Assembly (NCBI GenBank): GCA_963788655.1
Contig: CAWBHS010000094.1
Coordinates: 1 to 29,507 of the forward strand
Reading direction: 5' to 3'
DNA: 29,507 bases
Origin: an uncultured Verrucomicrobiae bacterium
Lineage (GTDB): Bacteria > Verrucomicrobiota > Verrucomicrobiia > Limisphaerales > JAFGQR01
The notes under the pieces were generated by a model. It had not been told where the DNA came from. It saw nothing but the letters and a program-made list of their open reading frames with translations, and searched no databases. Below are positions 18,174 through 27,838 of the stretch, piece by piece (position 1 is the stretch's first letter; each line of letters opens with the position of its first letter). The position numbers and the translations under genes are program-made.

Positions 18174-18929
18174 GTGACTGACCTTGAATCATTGCAGGCC
18201 GGTTTTGGCTATTCGTTTAGCGACGAAAGTCTGTTGCATTTGGCGCTCACGCATCCCTCCGTGGCGCACGAGGCGCCGACCCTGCGGCCCCACAACCAAC
18301 GCTTGGAATTTCTTGGGGACGCCGTGCTGAGTCTGGTGCTGACGCGCGAACTGTACGCCAAATTCCCGGATTACGGCGAAGGCCCGCTCACCAAGGCCCG
18401 CGCCCAAATGGTCAACCGCCGCGCCCTGGCCGCGCAGGCCCGGCGGCTTGGTTTGGGCGAACACCTCATTCTCAGTCATGGCGAGGATTTGAGCGGCGGA
18501 CGGGAACGTCTCTCGGCGCTGGCCGATGCGTTCGAAGCGTTGGTGGGGGCCATTTTCATGGACGGCGGTTACGACCAGGCGCAGGAATTTGTTTTGCGGA
18601 TGTTTCGGGACTTTTTTGGCGAGCTGATCGAATTGCCCAATCTGGACAATCCCAAGGGCGAACTCCAGGAACTGCTCCAAGCCAACTCGCCCGAAGCCCC
18701 GCAATATGTGATGACGTCCGTCAGCGGACCGGACCACGACCGGGATTTCGAATGCGCAGTATTTCATGCTGGCGCCGAGCTGGCGCGTGGCCGAGGCAAA
18801 AGTAAAAAGGAAGCGGAAAGCCAGGCGGCGATTGGCGCGTTGCGGAACTTGCTTAAACCGGCGACCCCGGCAACGCCGGACGAAACCGAGTCCAACGGCT
18901 CCGCTATCGATAACCCGGGAAAGTCCTGA
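18174..18929 (+). CDS. rnc: Ribonuclease III
   Basis: ALTHPS, NQRLEFLGDAVL, ADAFEALVGAIFMD; dsRBD NPKGELQE...GPDH...GKSKKEAESQAA. Confidence 0.98.
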   Translation: MTDLESLQAGFGYSFSDESLLHLALTHPSVAHEAPTLRPHNQRLEFLGDAVLSLVLTRELYAKFPDYGEGPLTKARAQMVNRRALAAQARRLGLGEHLILSHGEDLSGGRERLSALADAFEALVGAIFMDGGYDQAQEFVLRMFRDFFGELIELPNLDNPKGELQELLQANSPEAPQYVMTSVSGPDHDRDFECAVFHAGAELARGRGKSKKEAESQAAIGALRNLLKPATPATPDETESNGSAIDNPGKS

Positions 18930-19055
18930 AATGGATTGTCTTTCGACCAACATGACGCTAAACCACCGGCACATTAGGATGAACTTCATGGATCAACCCG
19001 TCCGCCGCCGCGCCGAGAGCGCGGGGACCAGTCGTTTGTTGCGCCGCATCACCCC

Positions 19056-19574
19056 ATGAAGTCTCGTATTAATTTTCGCATCATTGCCCTGGCGGCGTTG
19101 GTCCTGTTCACGGATCAAATGACCAAATTGGTGGTCATGCGGTTCCTGCCGCAAATCGGCGACGAACATCCGGTGGTCAACGGGTTCTTCCGATTGGTTC
19201 ACTGGGGCAACACTGGCGCGGCCTGGAGTTTGTTTCGTGGTTACAACGGGGTGTTGAGCATTGTGTCGATTGTGGCGTTGATCGTCTTGTTCTGGAAGCG
19301 CCATCATTTCGCGGTTCATACGGTGGGCGGCCAGATTTCGCTCGGGCTCATTTTCGGCGGCATTCTGGGCAACCTGCTCGACCGCATCCGCATTGGGCAC
19401 GTGGTGGATTTTCTTTATTTCTACGTCATCCGGCGCAACGGGGTGGAAGCGGGATTTCCAGCTTTCAACGTGGCCGACAGTGCGATCTGCGTCGGAGTGG
19501 CTTTGTTGGTGCTTTTGTCTTGGAAGGAAGAAACCAACCAAGCCCCCGCCCAGGAACAAAAGAGCGAAACGTAA
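19056..19574 (+). CDS. lspA: Lipoprotein signal peptidase II
   Basis: DQMTK, NTGAAWS, GGILGNLLDRI, VVDF, FPAFNVADSAI. Confidence 0.97.
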   Translation: MKSRINFRIIALAALVLFTDQMTKLVVMRFLPQIGDEHPVVNGFFRLVHWGNTGAAWSLFRGYNGVLSIVSIVALIVLFWKRHHFAVHTVGGQISLGLIFGGILGNLLDRIRIGHVVDFLYFYVIRRNGVEAGFPAFNVADSAICVGVALLVLLSWKEETNQAPAQEQKSET

Positions 19575-19582
19575 TCAGCGGA

Positions 19583-20530
19583 ATGGGCAATCGCACGGAG
19601 ACTTTCATCGTGGAAAAATCCCTGCCGGACGAACGGCTGGACAACTTCCTGCACGCCCGCTACCCGGTGGTTTCCCGCGGCACCATTCAACGGCTCATCG
19701 CCGAGGGCCATATCACGCTGAACGGCGCAACGGTCAAAGCCAAACACAGCCCGCGCGCCGGCGAATCGATTCGCGTCTATTGGCCGGAAGCCCGGCCATC
19801 CGAAACCCAACCGGAAGACATCCCGTTGAACGTTCTCTTCGAGGACGACGATTTGTTGGTGGTCAACAAACCGCCCGATTTGGTGGTGCATCCCGCATCG
19901 GGGCACGACGAACACACGCTAGTCAATGCCCTGTTGCACCATTGCCGCGGCCAGTTGAGCGGGATTGGCGGAGTGCGGCGTCCCGGCATCGTGCATCGTC
20001 TCGACAAGGAAACCAGCGGCTGCATGGTCGTAGCCAAGAATGATGCCACCCATCAATCGCTGGCGGCGCAGTTCGCCGGGCGCGAAATCCAGAAAGTCTA
20101 TAACGCCATTCTTTGCGGCGTGCTCGGGCGGGATCAGGGTGAAGTGCGGGCGGCGATTGGGAGACATCCCACCCACCGCAAACGCATGACCGTGCTCGAT
20201 GGTTCCGGGCGCGATGCCTGGACGAGCTACCGGGTGCTGGAGCATTGGTCGGCCGCCACGCTAGTGGAAGTATTGCTGCACACCGGGCGCACGCACCAAA
20301 TCCGCGTCCATTTTCAGTTCATCAGTCATCCGCTGGCGGGCGACCTGACCTACGGCAAGCGCCAAGACCAGCGCTTGTACGAGCTAACCGGTTACCGTCC
20401 GCCGCGCGTCATGCTCCATTCGCACCGGTTGACCTTTACCCATCCTCGTTCCGGCGAAACCAAAACCATCGAGGCTCCGTGGCCTGATGACTTTGCGGAA
20501 ACGGTGGCGGCTTTGCGCGGCAAGGCATGA
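19583..20530 (+). CDS. rluD: RluA-family (RluD-type) 23S rRNA pseudouridine synthase
   Basis: S4 domain ERLDNFL...SR..IQRLI; VNKPPDLVVHP; GIVHRLDKETSG; TGRTHQIRVH. Confidence 0.92.
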   Translation: MGNRTETFIVEKSLPDERLDNFLHARYPVVSRGTIQRLIAEGHITLNGATVKAKHSPRAGESIRVYWPEARPSETQPEDIPLNVLFEDDDLLVVNKPPDLVVHPASGHDEHTLVNALLHHCRGQLSGIGGVRRPGIVHRLDKETSGCMVVAKNDATHQSLAAQFAGREIQKVYNAILCGVLGRDQGEVRAAIGRHPTHRKRMTVLDGSGRDAWTSYRVLEHWSAATLVEVLLHTGRTHQIRVHFQFISHPLAGDLTYGKRQDQRLYELTGYRPPRVMLHSHRLTFTHPRSGETKTIEAPWPDDFAETVAALRGKA

Positions 20531-20546
20531 CGGCTGCGACCGTCGA

Positions 20547-20666
20547 GGTATGGCGTGCAGTCCTCTGCGCGCCGCGAACCTCGCCAAGGGTGCGCTGGAA
20601 ACAAGACGGCATGCACGGAGTGCCGCGCCCCATCGGAGCGCGGCTGTGTCGCAGAGCAGCCGCAGC
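20547..20666. repeat. Cluster of degenerate REP-like palindromes between convergent genes
   Basis: GGTATGGCGTGCAGTCCTCTGCGCGCCG (20547-20574) and CGGCATGCACGGAGTGCCGCGCCCCATC (20607-20634), directly followed by GGAGCGCGGCTGTGTCGCAGAGCAGCCGCAGC. Confidence 0.65.
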
Positions 20667-20712
20667 ACGTTCCAATTGACCAACAGTTTGGAGTTTCGCC
20701 ACCCGCTGCGTT

Positions 20713-20744
20713 ACTCCACCCCTTCAACGCTTCATCTCTTCAAC
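20713..20744 (-). repeat. Degenerate octamer tandem repeat (GTTGAAGn x4 on the minus strand)
   Basis: Plus strand ACTCCACC CCTTCAAC GCTTCATC TCTTCAAC. Confidence 0.45.
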
Positions 20745-20760
20745 TATCCTGATTGCACAT

Positions 20761-21336
20761 TTACCGCCCCGCCGGCGCGTCTCGTCGGTCGCGGGCTTTG
20801 CGGGAAGCGGCTTCCTTCTCGGCCTGCTGCGTCAGCTCTTCCTTCGTGACAATGCCGTCGTGATTTTCGTCAAGGCGGCTGAAAACGTTCCAGATCCGCT
20901 CAGGCAACTCGTCTTTGGTCAATTGGCCGTCTTTGTTCTTATCGAAGACCATCATCCGGCTGACCATTTCCTCCGGGGAGGGACCGCTCGGCCGGTCGCG
21001 CCGTTTGCGTTCCCGTACCACAGAGGGCGGGAGCAGTTCATCTTTGCTCAACTTACCGTCTTTGTTCCGATCCAGTTTCTTGAGGGCGGCGGCCGCGTTC
21101 TCAATTTCCCGAGCCGAAAGCTCGCCGTCTTTGTCCGTGTCCAGCACCAGCATCAACATCGAGGGACGCGGGCTGCTGTCGCGTTCCACGCGGTCCTGGC
21201 GGTTCGCTCCGGTGCGGGCGGGATCGGCAGGCCGAGTGTCCCGCGATTGGGCTATGACGCTGGAAGCTGCACCCAACAGGGTCAGGACGAGGATCGAGCG
21301 GCTAAATCCAGTTAAGTTCTTCATACGGTCAATCAT
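20761..21336 (-). CDS. Secreted EF-hand calcium-binding protein (4 loops); alternative start at 21324
   Basis: Signal peptide; DTDKDGELSARE, DRNKDGKLSKDE, DKNKDGQLTKDE, DENHDGIVTKEE. Confidence 0.9.
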   Translation of the reverse strand: MIDRMKNLTGFSRSILVLTLLGAASSVIAQSRDTRPADPARTGANRQDRVERDSSPRPSMLMLVLDTDKDGELSAREIENAAAALKKLDRNKDGKLSKDELLPPSVVRERKRRDRPSGPSPEEMVSRMMVFDKNKDGQLTKDELPERIWNVFSRLDENHDGIVTKEELTQQAEKEAASRKARDRRDAPAGR

Positions 21337-21552
21337 TCCAGTGCTTTTCGTTTTTTGTCCAAATGATATTTAGTCGATGACCTGCATTTTGGCCAGCGTA
21401 TCCGAGTCCGCGTGCTTTTTGCCGCACCGTTACCGCAGGAAAGGGGGCAACTCGACAAAGTTGTTGTGCGGTTGATTGCCAGATCTCGATCATGTATCGC
21501 CTGACCGGAAAAAACCGTTGCGAGGCGCCAGACTTTCCGTCATTAGGTGGTC

Positions 21553-24406
21553 ATGAAACCGACCTCTCAGCCAACTTCCCGGGGCCTTGTGCAGCCTGCG
21601 TTGGTGGTGGCGTTGGGGCTGTTCTGCCGGCTGGCTCCGGCGGCCCCCAACACTATTCCCGACCAAGGACCGTTGGTTTTCCACTCCTTGCCGGACGGCC
21701 ACTTTTCCTTTGGCGGTGTGATCCAGCAACGCGTTCAAGCGAATGTGAACCACTGGCTGCTCTGCGCCCCGACCGCCAATCCCGGTATGCTCGAGATGTT
21801 TCGCGTGCGCGACCGCCAACCCGCACCGAAACTGGTGCCGTGGGCGGGTGAGTTCGCGGGCAAGTATCTGATCTCCGCGGTGCAATCCCTGCGGCTGACC
21901 GCCCGTCCCGAACTAAGTTCCTACGTCTCCAATATCGTCGCGCAACTGATCGCCACCCAGGCTGACGATGGCTATCTTGGCCCGTTCCCTCGCAATCAAC
22001 AGTTGCTCGGCAACTGGGATTTGTGGGGGCACTACCACGTCCTGCAGGGTCTGCTGCTCTGGTATGAACACGCTGGTGATGCCGCCGCTTTGCAGGCCTG
22101 CCGGCGCGCCGCCGATCTGGTGTGTCGAACCTACCTCGACACGCCGCGTCGCGTGTTCGACGCCGGTTCGCCTGAAATGAACATGGCCATCATTCATGGG
22201 CTGGGCGCGTTGTATCGGTTCACGGGTGAACCGCGCTATCTCAAAATGATGCGCGAGATTGAAGCCGACTGGAAACGTGCCGGAGATTATCTGCGAACCG
22301 GTTTGAACGGCACGGAATTCTTCGCTACGCCGCGTCCGCGCTGGGAAAGCTTGCACGACCTTCAGGGATTGGTGGAACTCTGGCGCATCACCGGCGAGCC
22401 GAAATATCGGGAAGCGTTTATGCATCATTGGCGCAGCATTGCGCGGTGGGACCGCCACAACACCGGCGGCTTCAGCAGCGGCGAACAGGCGACCGGCAAC
22501 GCCTATTCTCCGGCGGCCATCGAGAACCTGCTGCACGATTGCCTGGATGGCCGTGAGCGTTGACATGCTGCGGTTGACCGGCGATCCCCAAGTGGCCGAT
22601 GAACTGGAGTTGACCACCTTCAACGCCGCCTTGGGCGCCCAGCATCCATCCGGCCGCTGGTGGACGTACAACACGCCGATGGACGGTGTGCGCGAAGCTT
22701 CGGCGCACAGCATTGTTTTCCAGGCTCGCGCCGGAACGCCGGAATTAAACTGTTGCTCGGTCAACGGGCCCCGTGCTTTGGGCATGCTCAGCGATTGGGC
22801 CGTCATGGCTGACACCAACGGCTTGGTGGTCAATTGGCTGGGTCCGGGCACATTCGCCGTGCGACTCAGTGACGGAACTCCGGTTCGCCTGCGCTGCGAA
22901 ACCGACTATCCTCTGGCCGGGACCATCAAATGGACGCTGCAATCCAGCGCTGCGCCCCGTCGATTGGTAATCCGCTTCCGCATTCCTGCCTGGTCGGTCA
23001 ATCCCGTTTTACGGCTCAACGGCCAGGAACAGCGTGGGGTGAACCCAGGCCATTACTTCGAGAGTGACCGTCTGTGGAACAAAGGTGATGTCGTCGAATT
23101 GGATTTGGACTTGGAGTTGCGTTTTGTGCCCGGCGACCGCGAGGCTGCTGGCAAGGTTTCGCTGTACCGCGGTCCGTTGTTGCTGGCCTACGATCAGCGC
23201 TTGAATTCATTCGATGAAACGGAGCTGCCGCGTATAGACGCCAATCGCCTGAAGGAAGCGCAGCTTGCTGATCCGGTCGGCTTTCCTGGGAACCGGGCAT
23301 TATCGCCTTGGTTGCTGCTGCATCTTCCGACGCAGGACGGCACAGCCCTCCGGCTTTGCGACTTTGCCAGCGCCGGAGCCATGGGTACCTGGTATCGTTC
23401 CTGGCTGAGGGTTGCGAATCCGCCCCCGCCGCCACCCATCACGCGTTCGCCTGCCGATGGAGCAGTGATCGGACCGGGCCCAACTCGCTTTCGCTGGACG
23501 ACTCGCACCAACGCCGTCCTGACCGAATACCGGTTGCTCATTGGCGACTCGCCCCGATTTACCGCAGCAGTGATGGAAGTAAATGGCCTGAAGCGGCCAC
23601 GGCTGGATTTTGACGATGCCTTTAAGGCACGTCTCCAACCGGATCACTGGTATTATTGGCGCGTCATTGCCCGCGGTCCGCCCGGCGAAACGTCCAGCGC
23701 GGAACCAGCCGCCCGCTTTCGATATGATCCAACGGTGCCGGCAACTGCCGGCGAAGCTGAACTCGAAATCGGGCCAGACGGTTTGGGCTTGAAAGCAGCT
23801 TTGCACGGCGACCCTAAACCCGAGTTCGGGCGGTTGAAACGGGCGACAGCTTATTCCGATACCATGGATCCCGGTGGTTCCACCAACACCGCGATTCGGT
23901 TGAATGGCCAGGACCAAATGCTGGTTTACACGCTGCCCGAAGAGCTTGACGAAGATTACTCGGTGGCCGTCTGGTTCCGCCTGCTCGCTCTTCCCGAGGG
24001 TCACGTTGGACAGATCTTCAGTGCCTGGACCAAGAACATGGATGATCCGCTGCGCCTCACCATTGAAGGCGGCAAACTCTATGCCCGGATCGAAGCCCAG
24101 GCGGGTTATTCCTCCAAGGGACTGCCGGTCGAGAGCAATGGCTGGCATCATCTGGCGGCTGTGAAGTCGGGCGCCACGCTGATCCTTTACCTCGATGGTC
24201 AGGCGCGTGAACGCATGGCAGTGCCTCAATTTCTCGGCACCACCTCCCGCACCTGCGCCCTGGGCGGCAATCCGAACTTTTCCGGTAACGAATTTCTGTC
24301 CGCGGACTTTGCCGATTTGAACGTGTTCTATCGGGCACTCGCGGAGGCTGAAGTGCATCGCTTGGCCAAATCCAGCAAGGTAGGGCGAGACTCCGTCGAG
24401 CCCTGA
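21553..24406 (+). CDS. GH127/GH146-like beta-L-arabinofuranosidase with FN3-like and C-terminal LamG domains; one +1 frameshift near 22525
   Basis: W.GEF.GKYL, Q..DGYLG, HNTGGFSSGE, AIE|TCCTIAWM across the shift, ELNCCSVNG, TDYP..G, FRIPAW, LYRGPLLLA; LamG WHHLAAV...LYLDG. Confidence 0.88.
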
Positions 24407-24551
24407 TTTCCCCGCAGGGCGTCCACAAACCCAAGACTGATCATTGGGAAATCCTTGATATCCGAATCACCGAAGGCTCACTGCGGTTTCGTCTTTTCAA
24501 AGATTGAAAACGATGCGGTGAAGTCAGGGCTCGACGGAGACTCGCCCTACC
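24379..24551. repeat. REPIN/MITE-like element with GTAG-family inverted arms (173 bp)
   Basis: GGTAGGGCGAGACTCCGTCGAGCCCTGA (24379-24406) vs TCAGGGCTCGACGGAGACTCGCCCTACC (24524-24551), 27/28 complementary; pairing extends about 10 bp further inward. Confidence 0.92.
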
Positions 24552-24584
24552 GGATGCCACAGACGGGACTGCGGCCTGACTCGC

Positions 24585-27538
24585 TTACTGCTTTTGCGGT
24601 GGTCCGTCCAGCAACAAGTCATGGGCTTTTCGGATCGCGCGAACCTGGAGTGTTTTGCGTGCCGGGAATTTCCAAACGAACACCCATGTTGGCAAAGAGC
24701 GTGCGCCAGAATTGGGCGTTGGCTTTCGAACGGGGCACGCAATCCATCGCGGAAACCGCCAAAGTTCCCTTGGACCACGGCAGCGAAACCAACGCGGCTC
24801 CGGCAGGTTTGCGCAGATGTTCGTAAAGCACAACCGCGGCGCACTTGGCGTTTTCAGGCGCGTTGTTGAACAACCACCAATCCGTGTTGCTGGCTTCAAG
24901 GAGCACCCGGCTTTGTTTTACCAATGGACCATCGAGTCCGCACTTGAGGATCTCCTTGTCGGTGGCGTCTTCGGCGAAATACAGGTCTTTCAATTCGGAA
25001 CCGGCAGTCCAGGTGTACGGCTGGCGCGGACGAGCGACGTGGCGTGGCGCGAGGTGAGCGTCACGGACGCCGGCAGGAATTGGGTCACTGTCAGAGTGAC
25101 TTCGCCTGCCTTGCGGAATATCACCAGCACCGTGCCTTCGTTGGCCAGCGTAGCATCAGCCGCGGCTTTGGCAGCGGAGAACAGATCAGCGGTTAGCGTT
25201 TCGGCATCCACCACCAGCAGTTGGGCCGTCTGGATTGGTCCCTCGGCCAACGGCAATCCCAACGCCACGAGCCGCCGAGACAATTCGCCGTCACGCGCGC
25301 CAATGTAAGCCACGCGCTCAATGGTCGCGGGCGGCCTCACGACCGCCGTTTGCTTGATTTCCGGGCGGTGATCCCAGACGCATGGTTCCGGACCATCAGG
25401 AGCTTGGGCGGCCTGTTCGGCGATGAACATCGGCAACGGCCGGTACAACGGCAGGTCCGGGTCCCAGCCGGGATTGAACGTGCAAACGTAAGGCGGCAGG
25501 CGTTCCGGTTGGACACCGGGCTTGCCCTCCTCGAACGGTTTGAACCACACCCCATCCGTGGCGTTCGGCAGCCGGCTGAAGTCGTGGTATCCGACATTCA
25601 GATGCTCAATCCCGAACCACGCCGTTTCGGCCGGCGAGAAGAATGTCAGCTTGGGCCGGGCGAGTTGGACGATGTTGTCGTAAACATCGATGGCGAGCGC
25701 CTCGTTGCGGCCTTGGTAGCTTTCATAAGCGCGATCGCCATTGAACACCGCGGGCTGGCCGGGCCGGGCGTAATAGGTGCCACCCGATTCGCCGACCATC
25801 AGCGGTTTCGTTGGTGCTGGCGGCAACCAGTCGGCCGGGGCAGGCCCAGTCCAAAATGCTTGTTCCAGACCGGCATCGTGCCTCGCAGAATGTCGTCGCC
25901 ATCGCAGGAGAACCAGGAGCGGGTGGGATCCAATCGGCGACCGCGCGCGCCCAACTCGGCGAGTCGGCGATACCAGACATCGGTTTGCTCCTTGGTGATG
26001 GCCGGGTCGTAAATGAACGTGGCGAACAATTCGTTGCCCAGCACTAACCAAAGACGCTGGGATGGTTGCGGTCGCGCAAGATCAAGTGGTCGTAGTGTTC
26101 GGCGAACCGGTCCCAAGCGACGGGTGCTTCGAAGTTCAACTGCAACGAACTGCCAAACAAGGCCGTTTCATCCAGCACCAACAGACCCATTTCATCGGCC
26201 AGGTCGAGGTAATGGCGCGGATGCGGTTGGGCGTGCGGGCGCACCGCGTTGCCGTGCATGTCTTTGATCATGCGATACCACGCCCAGATGTAACGGCGGG
26301 AATTAATGAACGGCCCAAAAGGGTGCAGCAGGTCGCCAAACATCGTCACCTTCTTTCCATTCAGCAGAAAATCCGTTCCCACAATCTTGCCTTGCCGCCA
26401 GCCAAAGCGGGTGTAGCGACAATCCAATGTCCGGTCGCCCGCCTGCACCGCCATAACCAGACCCGTACAAATTGGGTGTTTCCGGCGACCAAAACCAAAA
26501 ACGCCCCCGACCTTCTCATTCAACGTGATGGTCTTGGTTTCGCCCGGCGGCAAAGCGATTCGTTGCGCGGGCAGAGCCATCACCGGGGCGTCGAGCCGCC
26601 ATTTCGGCTCCGGGGCCTCCAAGAGATTGGGGCCGGCCAAGTTCACCCAGGGTCAATGCGACCGCTGACCATGACGGTTTGTTCGCGGGCCGAATCGTTG
26701 CGCAGCATCACTTCCGCTTCGAGGAGATCCCGGTCCACCCACGGTTTGACCAACACCTCCGTCACGTGCAATGGGGGCAGTCCCAGGAGAAACACGTCCT
26801 GCCAAATGCCGCTCAAGTTATCGGTATTGGAACCGGGCGGATACGGCGTGCGCATGTGTTTGTATTTCGTGCTGCGCTGGTCAAAGAGCCGCAAGCTGCG
26901 CACGCCCACGAGCAGTTCGTTGTCGCCCTCGCGTTGACCAGGTCGGTAATGTCGAACTCGAACGGCAGGTATCGGCCGAAATGCTCGCCTGCTTTTCGCC
27001 CGTTGACCAATACCTGCGTTTGACCGCCGACCGCTTCGAAGTGCAACCCGATCCGGCGGTCGCCCAGGCTTCCGGAATGCGGAACGTGCGGGACAACCAA
27101 CCCATCTCAACGCCATCCCAACGTGGCGGGTAACTCGGGTAATAGACCGAACTCGGCCAATAGGGATGCACCGTGCCTTCGCCGACGTGGCGACCGGCGC
27201 CCAGGCGTTCACATTCCAGGGCGAAGGAATCTTAATGGGTGTGGTTTCCCACTGATCGGCAGCCGGCAGCCGCAGTTCCGGAGCGATACCGATACCCCGT
27301 TTCCAGTCCTTCGGCAGCGGTACAGGTTGAAATTGCCAACGGCCATTCAAACAGAGGTCTTCTCGGTACGGCTGCTCCGGAGGTTTAACCCAACCTTCTT
27401 CGGGCGCAAAATCGCGAGTGAATTCCACGCGAGCGACGCTGACGCATACGCACACCAGGAAATGGCTAGCGTCACTGCCCAAAGGCTCAGAGACGACGCC
27501 ATCATTGTTCTTTGGTTTCGAGCAGCCATGTTGTTCAT
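24585..27538 (-). pseudogene. Secreted glycoside hydrolase family 2 (TIM barrel), broken by about 10 frameshifts in this sequence
   Basis: Signal peptide; LCLNGRWQF, LHFEAV...V.VNG, SGIWQDVFL, FGWR...FLLNGK, NAVRPHAQP..YLDLADEMGLLVLDE, RDRNHPSV, GNE acid/base and VGESGG nucleophile motifs in successive frames. Confidence 0.88.
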
Positions 27539-27661
27539 CTTCGAAGCGGAACAATGTTTCTGACGAGCTTTTTCGAACTGACGGCTGGCAACCGGGCGTG
27601 GGCAGCGGCGGCGCCGAGAGCTGGAGACGTTTCCGAGTTTCTGTGGACGTTCGCCCGCTGT

Positions 27662-27697
27662 TCCTCTCCCTGAGGGAGAGGGTCAGGGTGAGGGGGA
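27662..27697. repeat. CCCTCTCCC/GGGAGAGGG-type palindromic repeat (single arm)
   Basis: TCCTCTCCC-TGA-GGGAGAGGG-TCAGGGTGAGGGGG. Confidence 0.75.
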
Positions 27698-27838
27698 ACG
27701 GCGCGCTCGCCCGGTACGCCCAATCCGCATTGGAGAGCGGTTGACCTTTCCCGCCTTGTTTGAGGTCGGTAGTTCGGCAATCCGGCGGGGTAGAGAATTC
27801 GCTTTCCCTCAAGTTCCAACTTTTGTGATCCTTGCCGC

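Noticed and set aside
24524..24844. Minus-strand ORF ending VGRVSVEP, mirroring the GH127 C-terminus
   Set aside because: A by-product of the REPIN right arm; the GH2 product more plausibly ends at 24585 (HDLLLDGPPQKQ) or 24619
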